From Myxococcota bacterium (GTDB taxonomy: Bacteria > Myxococcota_A > UBA9160 > UBA4427): a stretch of 64,000 bases of DNA. The stretch is taken from contig OZ252299.1 of the NCBI GenBank assembly GCA_965250285.1, forward strand, positions 1,888,001 to 1,952,000, written 5' to 3'. The notes beneath the pieces were generated by a model that ran no database searches, was not told the DNA's origin, and saw only the letters and a program-made list of their open reading frames with translations. Both the position numbers and the translations under genes were made by a program. Positions 1-9,240 of this stretch are shown here, in pieces (positions within the stretch are counted from its first letter, which is position 1; each line of letters begins with the position of its first letter).

Positions 1-378
1 CAGCACCTCGTGGTAGTCGTCGCCCCGCGCATAGCGGGCGACGCGGCCGGTGGGCCCCGCCATCCCGCCTGTCGCATCCGCTGCCGGCGCGCTCCCGGCG
101 GCCACCGGATCGGCCACCGGGGGCTCGTCTGCCTCGCCGGGGCCGTCATAGTCGAGGGCCACGGCGATGACGCTGCGCGCACCCTCGAGCACACGGCGCG
201 GATCTTCTCGTTCGTCGAGGCGGCGCTCGAGATAGTGCATCTCACCGCCGTAGCCCCGGGCAAGCCACTCGCGCAGGTAGCGCGTCCCGTCGGTGGGTTC
301 GGCGCGGGCGATCCCGACGCGATCGAAGCCGAGCGCACGCGCAGCGGCCTTGACGTCGCGCGCGAGAGCTTCGCTCAT
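1..378 (-). CDS. queG: tRNA epoxyqueuosine(34) reductase QueG, N-terminal part (runs off the window)
   Basis: Not in the ORF track. Manual translation from ATG at 378 gives [24 protein letters not shown]...[13 protein letters not shown]...[19 protein letters not shown]...[16 protein letters not shown], a typical QueG N-terminus. Confidence 0.92.
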   Translation of the reverse strand, partial: MSEALARDVKAAARALGFDRVGIARAEPTDGTRYLREWLARGYGGEMHYLERRLDEREDPRRVLEGARSVIAVALDYDGPGEADEPPVADPVAAGSAPAADATGGMAGPTGRVARYARGDDYHEVL

Positions 379-469
379 CGAAGGGCTCCCGGCGCGTTTC
401 CGCCAGCCCCAACGGAGCGGCCCACACACATCGGGCGCGGGTCTCGATCGGCGCGGCGCTGGGCCCCGC

Positions 470-1339
470 TCATGCGAGGGCCGGTCGACCGCGCTCGTCG
501 AGCAGCCAGCGCTGCGCACCCGCGACGCCCAGCAGCACGCCGCACGCGAGCACGTAGGTGAAGATGCCCGACCACTCATGCAGGAACCCCGACGTCGCGA
601 CGTCGACGCCGTGTTGGCTCGCGACGAAGACCGTCGCCGTCACGCGCACGAGGTTCCCGAGCATCGCGGCCGGAACGACGCATGCGATCAGCACGGCGCG
701 GCGGGCGGCCGTTCGCTCCGTGGTCCAGGCGAGCAGCAAGCCGAGGGGCACCAGGGTCACCACCGACGTGATGCCGCTGCAGGCTTCATCGACGAAGAGC
801 GACCCGCCCGACGGCAGGACCAGCACGTTGCCATCGCGGAGGATCGCGAACCCCAGCCAGCGCAGGATCGTCACGGCCGCGATGCTGACCTGCAGCTGCA
901 GGTTCAGGATCACGGGCCCGATCCAGCTCTCGGGCGGCGGGATCATGAAGACGAGGAAGAAGAGCGGGAAACCCATCACGCGCACGCCCGCCCTGCCGCG
1001 CAGCGTCCAGACGGCCCCGATGACCGCCGCGACGACGCCGACCCCGATCACGGCGGGCTCATCGATCAGCAGCCCGAAGCCCGTGAGACCGAGCGCCCCG
1101 ACCACCCACAACAGCCCCCTGAGATCGCGCCCGGGCGCCAGCGCCGCCCAGGCGTCGCGTCGGCCCACCGCGAGGAAGGCGGCGACGACGGGCACCATGA
1201 AGCAATGCGTGAGGTAGTCGGTCGCGCTCCAGACCGTGGCCAGCTCGAGCAACGCGGGCGCGAACGCAGCCGCGCCGAGGGCGACGACGAGCCACTCGGT
1301 CACGCTCAGGGCAGAGCCTCGTGCGGGTGCGGCGCTCAT
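470..1339 (-). CDS. Exosortase/archaeosortase family membrane transpeptidase
   Basis: Multi-TM protein with VDEACSG (catalytic Cys), GNLVRV (Arg) and FLHEWSG (His). Start taken as MSAAPARG at 1339. Confidence 0.88.
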   Translation of the reverse strand: MSAAPARGSALSVTEWLVVALGAAAFAPALLELATVWSATDYLTHCFMVPVVAAFLAVGRRDAWAALAPGRDLRGLLWVVGALGLTGFGLLIDEPAVIGVGVVAAVIGAVWTLRGRAGVRVMGFPLFFLVFMIPPPESWIGPVILNLQLQVSIAAVTILRWLGFAILRDGNVLVLPSGGSLFVDEACSGITSVVTLVPLGLLLAWTTERTAARRAVLIACVVPAAMLGNLVRVTATVFVASQHGVDVATSGFLHEWSGIFTYVLACGVLLGVAGAQRWLLDERGRPALA

Positions 1340-1688
1340 GCGCTGTCTCCAGAACCCTCGACGGGCCGCGCACCGAGGGCGCGCGCGACGCGCCCCCGAC
1401 GGTAGCCCGCGCGCCCCCACGCGGGGGCCGAGGCACCGGGCTGGGGGGGCCAAATCGAATCGCGCACGCAGGTCTCCTGATAGGTCCTTGTGAAGTGGCC
1501 GCGACCCCGCCGCGCGTGACGCAGCTTTGCGAGGCCTCGATTCGCGCGCCTCTGAAACCCTCCTCGTCCGCGCGAATTCGGGGGGGCGCTCACGTCGGTC
1601 CGCCGTCGGCCGAAGGGGGGTTGGTATGCTCTCGGCCCCGCATCTTCAGGCCGAGTCCCGCGGCCGTGGGGCCACACAGGAGACGTCC

Positions 1689-2699
1689 TTGGAAGAGCAG
1701 CTGGTCTTCATCATCAGCCCGCCGCGCGCGGGCTCGACGCTGCTGAACCGCATGCTCGGCTCACACGAGGACGTGTACGCTCCCGAGGAGCCCCACCTGC
1801 TGACCCCCCTCGCCCACCTCGGCTACTACGAGATGGTGCGGGAGGCGCCCTACGACCCCTCGATCAGCCAGCGCGGCCAGCGGGCCTTCGTCGAGGCGCT
1901 GCCCGGGGGCGAGGCCGACTATCTCGACGCCCTGCGGGCCTATACCGACACGCTCTACGAGCGGGCCCTCGCCCCGACCGGTGCCAAAGCTCTGCTCGAC
2001 AAGACGCCCGCCTACGCGCTCGTGCTGCCCTTCATCGCCAAGCTCTACCCGAAGGCGAAGTTCATCGTGCTCACGCGGCACCCGCTCGCGGTGTGGTCGT
2101 CGGTCGTTGAGTCGTTCTTCGACGGCGACCACGAGGCCGCCCACGCGCACAATCCGATCATCGAACGCTACGTGCCCGCGATCGCGCGCTTCCTCGAGAC
2201 GTCGCCCGTCCCGTACTGCCACGTGCGGTACGAGGATCTGGTGCAGGACCCCGAGGCGTGGATGAAGCGCATTTGCGACTACGTCGGGCTCGAGTTCGAC
2301 CCGGGCATCGTCGACTACGGCGAGCGGGGCGGCGCCCAGCAGTCGGCGCGCGGCCTGGGAGACCCGATGACGGTCGCTCGGGAGTCGAGGCCCACCACGG
2401 CCTCGCTCGCCAAGTGGGCGACCGAGATGACCGGGCGACCCGACAAGGTGGCGCAGTGCCGCGCGATCCTCGCCGAGCTCGGCGACGCCGAGCTCGAGAC
2501 CTGGGGTCACAGCCGCGCCGCAATGTGCGCTGAACTCGACGCGATCGACCTCGAGGGTCAGCCCGGGCCGGTCAAGCCGACGACCCGCTATACCCTCGAG
2601 CGCCGCGTCCTCGTGAACGTCCGGCGCCGGGTGGGCGACAACGCGCTCGGTCGACTCGTACGCAAGGTCAGAGAGGCGTGCGACATCCTGCTCCGCTGA
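1689..2699 (+). CDS. Sulfotransferase family protein (PAPS-dependent)
   Basis: FIISPPRAGSTLL (PSB loop), LDKTP, RHPLAVWSS and VRYEDLV. TTG start at 1689 follows AGGAG; an ATG at 1626 is the alternative. Confidence 0.85.
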   Translation: MEEQLVFIISPPRAGSTLLNRMLGSHEDVYAPEEPHLLTPLAHLGYYEMVREAPYDPSISQRGQRAFVEALPGGEADYLDALRAYTDTLYERALAPTGAKALLDKTPAYALVLPFIAKLYPKAKFIVLTRHPLAVWSSVVESFFDGDHEAAHAHNPIIERYVPAIARFLETSPVPYCHVRYEDLVQDPEAWMKRICDYVGLEFDPGIVDYGERGGAQQSARGLGDPMTVARESRPTTASLAKWATEMTGRPDKVAQCRAILAELGDAELETWGHSRAAMCAELDAIDLEGQPGPVKPTTRYTLERRVLVNVRRRVGDNALGRLVRKVREACDILLR

Positions 2700-2750
2700 G
2701 TCGGCGACCCGGAGCATGCACGATGCGAATTCGTTGGGGGGTGACCGGCC

Positions 2751-3428
2751 GTGATGCGCCGCGCTTGGAATACGATCTTCGAACTCACCCGGCGATACTT
2801 CCTCGCCGGCCTGGTCGCGCTCGCGCCCCTCGTGGTCACGCTCGCCGCGCTGGCGTGGATCGTCCGCACCCTCGACAACCTGCTGCTGCCGCGCGTGATC
2901 GACTGGTTCGTGCCCGGCCTCGAGGCCCCGCCCCAGGCGCCGCCGTTCGTCGGCGCGATCTTCACGTTCGCCGTGATCCTGCTGGCGGGCGTGATCGTCC
3001 GACACTTCTTCGGCAACGAGCTGGTGCGGATCTGGGAGCGGGCCCTCGTCAACGTGCCGGTGGCCCGCAGCATCTACGCCGGCGTCAAGCAGCTCTTCGA
3101 TGCCATCATCACCACGAGCAAGACCCAATCGAACTTCAATCGAGTCGTGCTCGTCGAGTATCCGCGCAAGGGTATGTACGGCCTGGCCTTCGTCACGGGA
3201 CGCGTGCGCGGGCCCGTCGCCGACGCGTTCCCGGGCCACGCGATGCTCAACTGCTTCATCCCGACGACGCCGAACCCCACCTCGGGCTTCTACCTGGTGG
3301 TGCCTGAGACGGACGTGCTCGAGATCGACCTGTCGGTCGAGGACGCCTTCAAGGTGATCATGTCGGCCGGGCTCGTCACGCCCGACGCGAACGTCGACTC
3401 ACTGGCCTCGCTGACGGGCAGCGACTGA
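2751..3428 (+). CDS. DUF502 domain membrane protein
   Basis: Two N-terminal TMs, VPVARSIY, VLVEYPRKG, FIPTTPNPTSGF and IMSAG. Confidence 0.88.
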   Translation: MMRRAWNTIFELTRRYFLAGLVALAPLVVTLAALAWIVRTLDNLLLPRVIDWFVPGLEAPPQAPPFVGAIFTFAVILLAGVIVRHFFGNELVRIWERALVNVPVARSIYAGVKQLFDAIITTSKTQSNFNRVVLVEYPRKGMYGLAFVTGRVRGPVADAFPGHAMLNCFIPTTPNPTSGFYLVVPETDVLEIDLSVEDAFKVIMSAGLVTPDANVDSLASLTGSD

Positions 3429-3443
3429 CGCAGACCGAGCCGC

Positions 3444-4418
3444 TCAGCCCTCGGCACTCGCCCCCTCCGACAACCGCGAAACGAGCCGCTGGATGCCGGG
3501 GTGCGTCAGCAGCCCGATCGTATCGCCTGACTCGAGCAACGCGATGACCTCGGGATCTTCGGCCAGACGCTGGAGCTCGGGGTCGTTTCGCACGCCTTTC
3601 AGTCGCGGGCCGACGGCGTCGAGCATCTCGGCGACGTCGGCGCGGAAGACGTCCGTATCGGCGGCGGCCGATTCGCTCACCAGGCCGAGATCAGCCATGC
3701 GCCGGCGCAGCTCGTCGTCGTGGGTGATCGTGTAGAAGCTCGTGCTGTTGAGCGCGCGGTCGCTCGCGCCGTTCTCGACGAGCGTCCAGAAGAAGCGGTC
3801 CTTCTGCAGCGCCTGGAAGCCCGGATCGTCGAGCACCTCCTGCAGCCCCTTGAGCGCCGGGCCGGGGTTCGAGGCGATGCGCGCCATGACCTTGCCCGCC
3901 GTCGAGTCGACGTCTCCGACTGCAGCGCCGACCACGGTCTCGACGACCTGCCCGCTCGCCCCCGCGACCAGCGAATCCTGCGTGCTGGGGACAGGCACGG
4001 CCGGCTCCCAGACGCCCAGCTCGCGGGCGGCGTCGAGCCAGCTCGCGAGAATCGACAAGAGCAGCACGATCAGCATGCCGCGCATGGCGCCAAACGTCGC
4101 GCCGGTCACCCGGTCGGCGGCGCTGCGCGGATCGTCGCCCCGGCGCGACTTCTCGATGCGCTGCAGGATCATGCCGACGATCGCGACGCCCACGTAGACC
4201 GACACGAAGGCGACGCTCCCCGCTGCGGGCGCGGCGAGCAGACCCGGCACGCCGCGGTCGGACATCCAACCGACCAGCGGCCCGGTGGCGGCCACCACGG
4301 CCGCGGCATAGCCGAGGCCCAGCGCCAACAGCGCGATGCCGCCGGCGAGACCCCCGCGAAACGCACCGAGGGTCATGAAGACGGCGAGCACGATGAGCGC
4401 GAGTAGATCGAGAGACAT
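3444..4418 (-). CDS. CvpA (colicin V production) family membrane protein with a C-terminal soluble extension
   Basis: MSLDLLALIVL..GAFRGG N-terminus, four TMs and the DRVTGATFGAMRG motif. Confidence 0.72.
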   Translation of the reverse strand: MSLDLLALIVLAVFMTLGAFRGGLAGGIALLALGLGYAAAVVAATGPLVGWMSDRGVPGLLAAPAAGSVAFVSVYVGVAIVGMILQRIEKSRRGDDPRSAADRVTGATFGAMRGMLIVLLLSILASWLDAARELGVWEPAVPVPSTQDSLVAGASGQVVETVVGAAVGDVDSTAGKVMARIASNPGPALKGLQEVLDDPGFQALQKDRFFWTLVENGASDRALNSTSFYTITHDDELRRRMADLGLVSESAAADTDVFRADVAEMLDAVGPRLKGVRNDPELQRLAEDPEVIALLESGDTIGLLTHPGIQRLVSRLSEGASAEG

Positions 4419-4508
4419 GCCCCTGTATCGACCTCCCGTTCGAGCGGCTGTAGACGGCTCCGGTCCGTGGGGTGGCGGCTCGGGCCCTCCGGGCGGCAAG
4501 AGAAGCGC

Positions 4509-5108
4509 TCAGTCGCCCGAGGGTGCCCCGACGAGCAGAGCCCGCACCCGGGCGGCCACATCGAACACGTGCGGATCCTCGGCCCGCAGCTCGCGCAGGG
4601 CCTGCTCGAGGCGAAGGACGTACTCGGGGTTCGGTCCGCTCGGCCCCACGGCCCCCACGACCTGGCGCGCGATCGCGTCGGTCGGCGCCGGGCCGAGGAA
4701 GTTCGGGTTCTCGTCGGTCGCGAGATACATCAACGCCGCGACGCGCTCGGGCCCGGCTGCGCCGGGCCGCAGCTCGACCTCGACCGTCTCCCGGGCGTAG
4801 CCCCCCTGCTCCCGATGATCGAGGCCGGCCAACACGCCGTCGGCATCCTCGGGGCGCACCCGGTAGGCGATTCCGTCGCAGATCGCGCGCGCCTCGCGGA
4901 TCACGGTGACCACTCGCCCGGGTGCGCCGGGCACGCCTCGGTGATCGGTGGAGCCCTGCCAGAAGCGCCGCGCCCAGCCGCTGACCGCGGCCGGCACCCG
5001 CTCGACGTGGTCGAAGGCCGGGCGCGAGACCAGCGAGCCGTAGCCGAAGATCCAGAGCGGGTCCGGGCTCGTTCGCCGACCGAGTCCTCGGAGCGTGTCG
5101 GGGCTCAT
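4509..5108 (-). CDS. chaC: Glutathione-specific gamma-glutamylcyclotransferase, ChaC family
   Basis: WIFGYGSL, RRFWQGSTDHRG.P..PGRVVT, LDHRE and GPSGPNPEY. Confidence 0.9.
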   Translation of the reverse strand: MSPDTLRGLGRRTSPDPLWIFGYGSLVSRPAFDHVERVPAAVSGWARRFWQGSTDHRGVPGAPGRVVTVIREARAICDGIAYRVRPEDADGVLAGLDHREQGGYARETVEVELRPGAAGPERVAALMYLATDENPNFLGPAPTDAIARQVVGAVGPSGPNPEYVLRLEQALRELRAEDPHVFDVAARVRALLVGAPSGD

Positions 5109-5605
5109 TCGCCGACCGGCTCCTCGTAGCGAATCTCGATCACGGTGTACGATGCCGTGCCCTTCGGTCGCACCACGTCGAAGGCTTCGTCGACGACCCG
5201 TCCGAGCAGGGCCCTTCCGACCGGCGAATCCATGCTGATCCAGCCGCGCTTCGGGTCGAACTCGTCCGGCCCAACGACACGGTAGAGCGCCTCTTCGCCG
5301 TCCTCGTCTTCGAGACGAACCCAGGCACCGAAGAACACCTTGCCCGCCTGCGCCGCGGGATCGGGTTGCACGACGGTCAGCTCGTCGATCCGCTTGGAGA
5401 GAAACCGCACGCGCCGGTCGATCTCGCGCAGTCGCTTCTTGCCGTAGATGTACTCGGCGTTCTCGGAGCGGTCACCGAGCGCCGCCGCGGCCGAGACCTG
5501 TTCGGTCACGCGAGGCCGCTCGACCTTCCACAGGTGCTCGAGCTCTGCACGCAGTGCCTCGAAGCCCTCGGGCGTGATGTAGTTGCTCGCGGTTCGGGCG
5601 GCCAC
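5105..5605 (-). CDS. greB: Transcription elongation factor GreB
   Basis: NYITPEG, LWKVERP, GDRSENAEYIYGKKRLREIDRRVRFL and ISMDSP. Confidence 0.95.
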   Translation of the reverse strand: MAARTASNYITPEGFEALRAELEHLWKVERPRVTEQVSAAAALGDRSENAEYIYGKKRLREIDRRVRFLSKRIDELTVVQPDPAAQAGKVFFGAWVRLEDEDGEEALYRVVGPDEFDPKRGWISMDSPVGRALLGRVVDEAFDVVRPKGTASYTVIEIRYEEPVGE

Positions 5606-5611
5606 GGGCGG

Positions 5612-5661
5612 ACTGTGACGTCGGCGCGGAGGCCGGTCAAGCCGGTCGCTGGCGCTATGCT
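5612..5661. promoter_or_regulatory. Back-to-back sigma70-type promoters, probably giving leaderless transcripts for greB and the 5668 gene
   Basis: Minus strand: TTGACC(5640-5635)-N17-CACAGT(5617-5612)-N6-GTG. Plus strand: TATGCT(5656-5661)-N6-ATG(5668). Confidence 0.55.
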
Positions 5662-5667
5662 CCCGCC

Positions 5668-6165
5668 ATGTCCGAAGAGCCCAACAAGACCGACGTCACC
5701 AACCCCGGCGCGAACCAGGCGGGGCCCGACGAAGAGGTCGAGACCGGCCCCGCGCCGACGCCGTTCGATCATCCGTTCTTCCTGCCGGCCGTGTGCATCG
5801 GCTTCACGCTTTGGTTCGGGTACGACACGTTCATCCACCCGATGGAAGACCACCTGGACTTCAACTACTACGGGTTCAAGGTCGTGCTCGCCGCGGCCGC
5901 CTGGTACTCGTACCTCGCGTTCTGCGAGATCAACGAACGGCCCGTCCTGCCCTTCGTGCTGCCGGCCATCTTCGCCGCGCTCGCCGTCTGGCTGGGCGCC
6001 GAGGCGTTCGGGATGATCGAGCTGCCCGATCTGATCGAGTACCCGTCGATCTCACGAGGCGGCTTCTACCTCGCGTTGGCGATGGTGCCGCTCACGGCCC
6101 TGCGCGAGTGGATGCGCGTGCGCCGCGGCGCCGGGTCGGGCGACGACCCCGCCGCAGCGGCCTGA
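5668..6165 (+). CDS. Hypothetical membrane protein (about 4 TM)
   Basis: Host-like codon usage and hydrophobic segments; no family recognised. Confidence 0.7.
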   Translation: MSEEPNKTDVTNPGANQAGPDEEVETGPAPTPFDHPFFLPAVCIGFTLWFGYDTFIHPMEDHLDFNYYGFKVVLAAAAWYSYLAFCEINERPVLPFVLPAIFAALAVWLGAEAFGMIELPDLIEYPSISRGGFYLALAMVPLTALREWMRVRRGAGSGDDPAAAA

Positions 6166-6171
6166 CCCGGC

Positions 6172-6711
6172 GTGTCCGGCCCCGGTGGCGGAGACCCCTC
6201 GCCCGAAGAGCAGATCGAGCAGCACATCCGCGGCGACATCGAACGCTTCGGCTGGCACGTCGCGAAGATCGAAGGCGACGATCGAGTGCCGCCGTGGGCG
6301 TTCACGATTGGCCTGGGCGACACGTTCGATCACCCCGAAGTCCTCGCGGCCGGCATGAGCCTCGAGCAGCTGCACGCGCTGCTGAACCGCATCGGTGACC
6401 TGCTGCGCGCGGGCAACCGCTTCGCCGACGGCCAGCACGTTCACAACATTCTCGAAGGTTTCGCGTGTAGCTTCAGACGCATCGATCCCGCCTGGCACCA
6501 GCCGTTCGCGGGCAACGCAGCCTGGCATCACCGCGACGACGGGCTCGAGCTGCTGCAGTGCTTCTGGCCCGACCCCGAGGGCCGGTTTCCGTGGGACGAC
6601 GGCTTTCCCGCCGACCTGATCCCGCTCCAGCCCATGCTGTACGACGCGACGCCCGAGCGGGCCCTGGCGCCGACGGTGCTCGCCACGCTCCGAGAAGAAG
6701 GCGTCCTGTAG
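6172..6711 (+). CDS. DUF4262 domain protein
   Basis: I.RFGWHV..I, WAFTIGL, HPEV...G, LLN and LQCFWPD..GRFPW. Confidence 0.78.
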   Translation: MSGPGGGDPSPEEQIEQHIRGDIERFGWHVAKIEGDDRVPPWAFTIGLGDTFDHPEVLAAGMSLEQLHALLNRIGDLLRAGNRFADGQHVHNILEGFACSFRRIDPAWHQPFAGNAAWHHRDDGLELLQCFWPDPEGRFPWDDGFPADLIPLQPMLYDATPERALAPTVLATLREEGVL

Positions 6712-6826
6712 CAGCGGATTCCGCGCCGGCGGTGGACGCCAGGGGGCTTCGTTTTCGTCTCGTTTCGGCCGATGCAGGGGCCGGAGGGGGCTGCGACTCG
6801 AGCGCCCCCGCAGCGAGGACGCCCGC

Positions 6827-8353
6827 GTGAAGCCGCGCAGCAAGGGACCGAGACGGTCCGCGCACGAGACGACGGTCACCGAGACGGTGCTCGGCCAGCG
6901 ATCCGCCGAAGGCGACGCGTCGGCCGATACGCCCGCCGTCGACACGCGCCTCGAGCCCGACGCGGATGAGGACGAAGCGAAGTCGCCGACGCGATCGTGG
7001 GCGGGACGCAGCCGGACGCGCGTCGGCGTCGGCGACGTCGTGCGCGGCCGCCACACCTATCGCCTGGTCCGGCGCCTCGGCGCCGGTGGCTTCGGCTCGG
7101 TGTTCCTCGCCGATCTGATTCAGCTCGACCCCGACGTTCCGATCGATGAGCGACCGCCGCCGCAGGTCGCCGTGAAGGTGCTGGGCGAGACGAACAACCG
7201 GCAGGCACTGCTCGGCCTGAAACGCGAGCTCGCCGCACTGCGCGCGGTCGATTCCCCAAAGATTCCAAAGCTCTACGACTGGTCTCTCGAGGGCGACCTC
7301 GCGTTTTCGGTCGTGCACTACTACCCGGGTGGCAGCCTCGCCGACGCGCTGCCGCTGGTCGGGCATCTCGAGGAGGAGCAGATCTGGCGCCTGCTCTCCG
7401 ATCTGCTCACGGCGCTGTCCGCCGCGCATCGCGCATCGATCCTGCACCTCGACGTCAAGCCCTCGAACGTGCTGCTCGACGGCGACGGCGGCTACGTGCT
7501 CACCGACTTCGGCGTGTCGCACTCGTCACGCATGTCGAAGGGCCTGCTGCACCAGGGGCGCATTGCGGTCGGGCTCGGCACACACGGCTACCGCGCCCCC
7601 GAACAGGCGAACATGACGATCCAGTCGTTCGATCTGCGGACCGACCTCTGGGGCGTCGGCGCCACGGCCTGGGCCTGCTACACGGGCATCGACCTCAACA
7701 AGCGACGCGACGTGCTGCGCGACCCCGAGAAAGGCAACGTGTTCGGGCTGCAGCGCGTGAGCGACGTGCGCATCCACTGCCCGCCCCACCTCGAAGAGGT
7801 GATCATGGGCATGCTCTTTCTCGATCCCGGGCGCCGGCCGGGGGGGTCGAGCGAGGTGCTGACGCAGCTCGACGCGATCGCGCGGGGCTTCGGACTCGAC
7901 TCCCAGACGGTCGCCTCCGCGCGCCAGGACCGCGCCGACCCGCGCGAGATTCGCGGCGTGATCGAGTCGCTCGTCGACCCGCTCTGGGCGAGCATCTGCC
8001 GCGCGCCGGGCTTCGAGCGCTACTTCGTCAAATACGAAGACGGCGACCTGCTGTCGACGAGCGGCGAGGCGACGCACCACACCTTCCTGCTGCTGCAGGG
8101 TGAAGTCGAGATCGAGCGCGAGGGCCAGATCGTCGATGTCGAGACGCGCGAGGGCGTGTTGATGAGCGCCATCTCGACGCTGACCGGCGCGCCCCGCACG
8201 GTCACCATGCGTGCGCGCGGCACGGTCTGGGTCTGCATCTTCAACGAGGCCGAGCTCGAGCAGCTGGTCACGTGCAACTCGTCGGTCGCCGTGCGGATGA
8301 TCCGCACGATGGCCAGCCGCATTGCCAACGGGCCACCCCGCAGCGAGGCCTGA
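6827..8353 (+). CDS. Hanks-type Ser/Thr protein kinase with a C-terminal cyclic-nucleotide-binding-like domain
   Basis: LGAGGFGSV, VAVK, HLDVKPSN, DFG, GTHGYRAPEQ and DLWGVG. C-terminal GE...FLLLQGEVEI...G...PRTVTMRA matches the cNMP fold. Confidence 0.85.
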   Translation: MKPRSKGPRRSAHETTVTETVLGQRSAEGDASADTPAVDTRLEPDADEDEAKSPTRSWAGRSRTRVGVGDVVRGRHTYRLVRRLGAGGFGSVFLADLIQLDPDVPIDERPPPQVAVKVLGETNNRQALLGLKRELAALRAVDSPKIPKLYDWSLEGDLAFSVVHYYPGGSLADALPLVGHLEEEQIWRLLSDLLTALSAAHRASILHLDVKPSNVLLDGDGGYVLTDFGVSHSSRMSKGLLHQGRIAVGLGTHGYRAPEQANMTIQSFDLRTDLWGVGATAWACYTGIDLNKRRDVLRDPEKGNVFGLQRVSDVRIHCPPHLEEVIMGMLFLDPGRRPGGSSEVLTQLDAIARGFGLDSQTVASARQDRADPREIRGVIESLVDPLWASICRAPGFERYFVKYEDGDLLSTSGEATHHTFLLLQGEVEIEREGQIVDVETREGVLMSAISTLTGAPRTVTMRARGTVWVCIFNEAELEQLVTCNSSVAVRMIRTMASRIANGPPRSEA

Positions 8354-8372
8354 TCGCCCGCTTCGCTCGCCC

Positions 8373-9005
8373 CTACGCCCCCGGCATCACGACCCGCTTC
8401 ATTGGCCAGACCCTCGGGCCGTCGCGAATCTCGAGCGGCTCGAGCAGCTCGAAGCCGTGGCGCCGATAGAAGGGGATGTTCTCCTCCTTCGACGATTCGA
8501 GGTAGGCCGGCAGGCCCCTCGCGTCGCAGAGGCGCAACACCGGGGTGAGCAGCGCGCTGCCCACGCCCTGCCCCTGATGCTTCGGGTCGGCCCCCAGCAG
8601 CGGCAGGTAGACGTGGGGCTCGCGGGGGTGCCGGGCCTCGATCGGCGCGAAGCCGCGACCGACCTCTCCAGCGCGGCGCCCGAGCAGTCGCAGCATCCCG
8701 AACTTGAACGAGAGATCCTCGAGCGGCCCCAGCTGCATGCGATGGGGGCGCCAGAGCGCGGCCCCCCGCATCTCGGCGTCGGTCAGCACCGCGCCATGCC
8801 GCAGCATCTGCCGGATGAAGAGCGCGAACATGCCGGGGCTTCGGCGCGCGCGTTGCGGCGCGTTCGGGAAGATCCACTGGTAGACCGGGTCGTCCTGAAA
8901 CGCGCGGGCCAGCACGCGCGACAGCGTCGCCACCTCGCTTCGCGTGGCGAGCCGGACGCCCGAGGCGTCGGGCAGCTTCAGACTGGCCGCATCGAGGAGC
9001 GTCAC
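8373..9005 (-). CDS. GNAT family N-acetyltransferase (puromycin acetyltransferase-like)
   Basis: AFQDDP, YLPLLGADPKHQGQGVGSALL, YLESS and NIPFYRRHGF. Confidence 0.88.
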   Translation of the reverse strand: MTLLDAASLKLPDASGVRLATRSEVATLSRVLARAFQDDPVYQWIFPNAPQRARRSPGMFALFIRQMLRHGAVLTDAEMRGAALWRPHRMQLGPLEDLSFKFGMLRLLGRRAGEVGRGFAPIEARHPREPHVYLPLLGADPKHQGQGVGSALLTPVLRLCDARGLPAYLESSKEENIPFYRRHGFELLEPLEIRDGPRVWPMKRVVMPGA

Positions 9006-9240
9006 GCTCGGTCTCTCTTCGGTGCCACGACGATCGTCCTATCCCGACCCGCCTCGTCCCGCGTCGTCTGGTCTGTGCTCGTCGCGCCGCGTCGCGCCAC
9101 GCTGCGCCGGGCGGGGCCTCGCCCCGACTCGACCCCGTTCGAGGACGCTCGTCGGCAGCTATGCTGCGCCGCATCCCCCCAGACACCGCGATCTACGCGA
9201 CGTGCCCCGGGCGCGTCGTCGCCGACCGGAGCGTCCACGC

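Noticed and set aside
6748..6774. Sigma28-like promoters before the kinase (GCCGATG) and before aroQ (24698-24724)
   Set aside because: The -35 elements (TTCGT, CGAAG) are too far from the TCAAG/TAAAG pattern to separate from chance.
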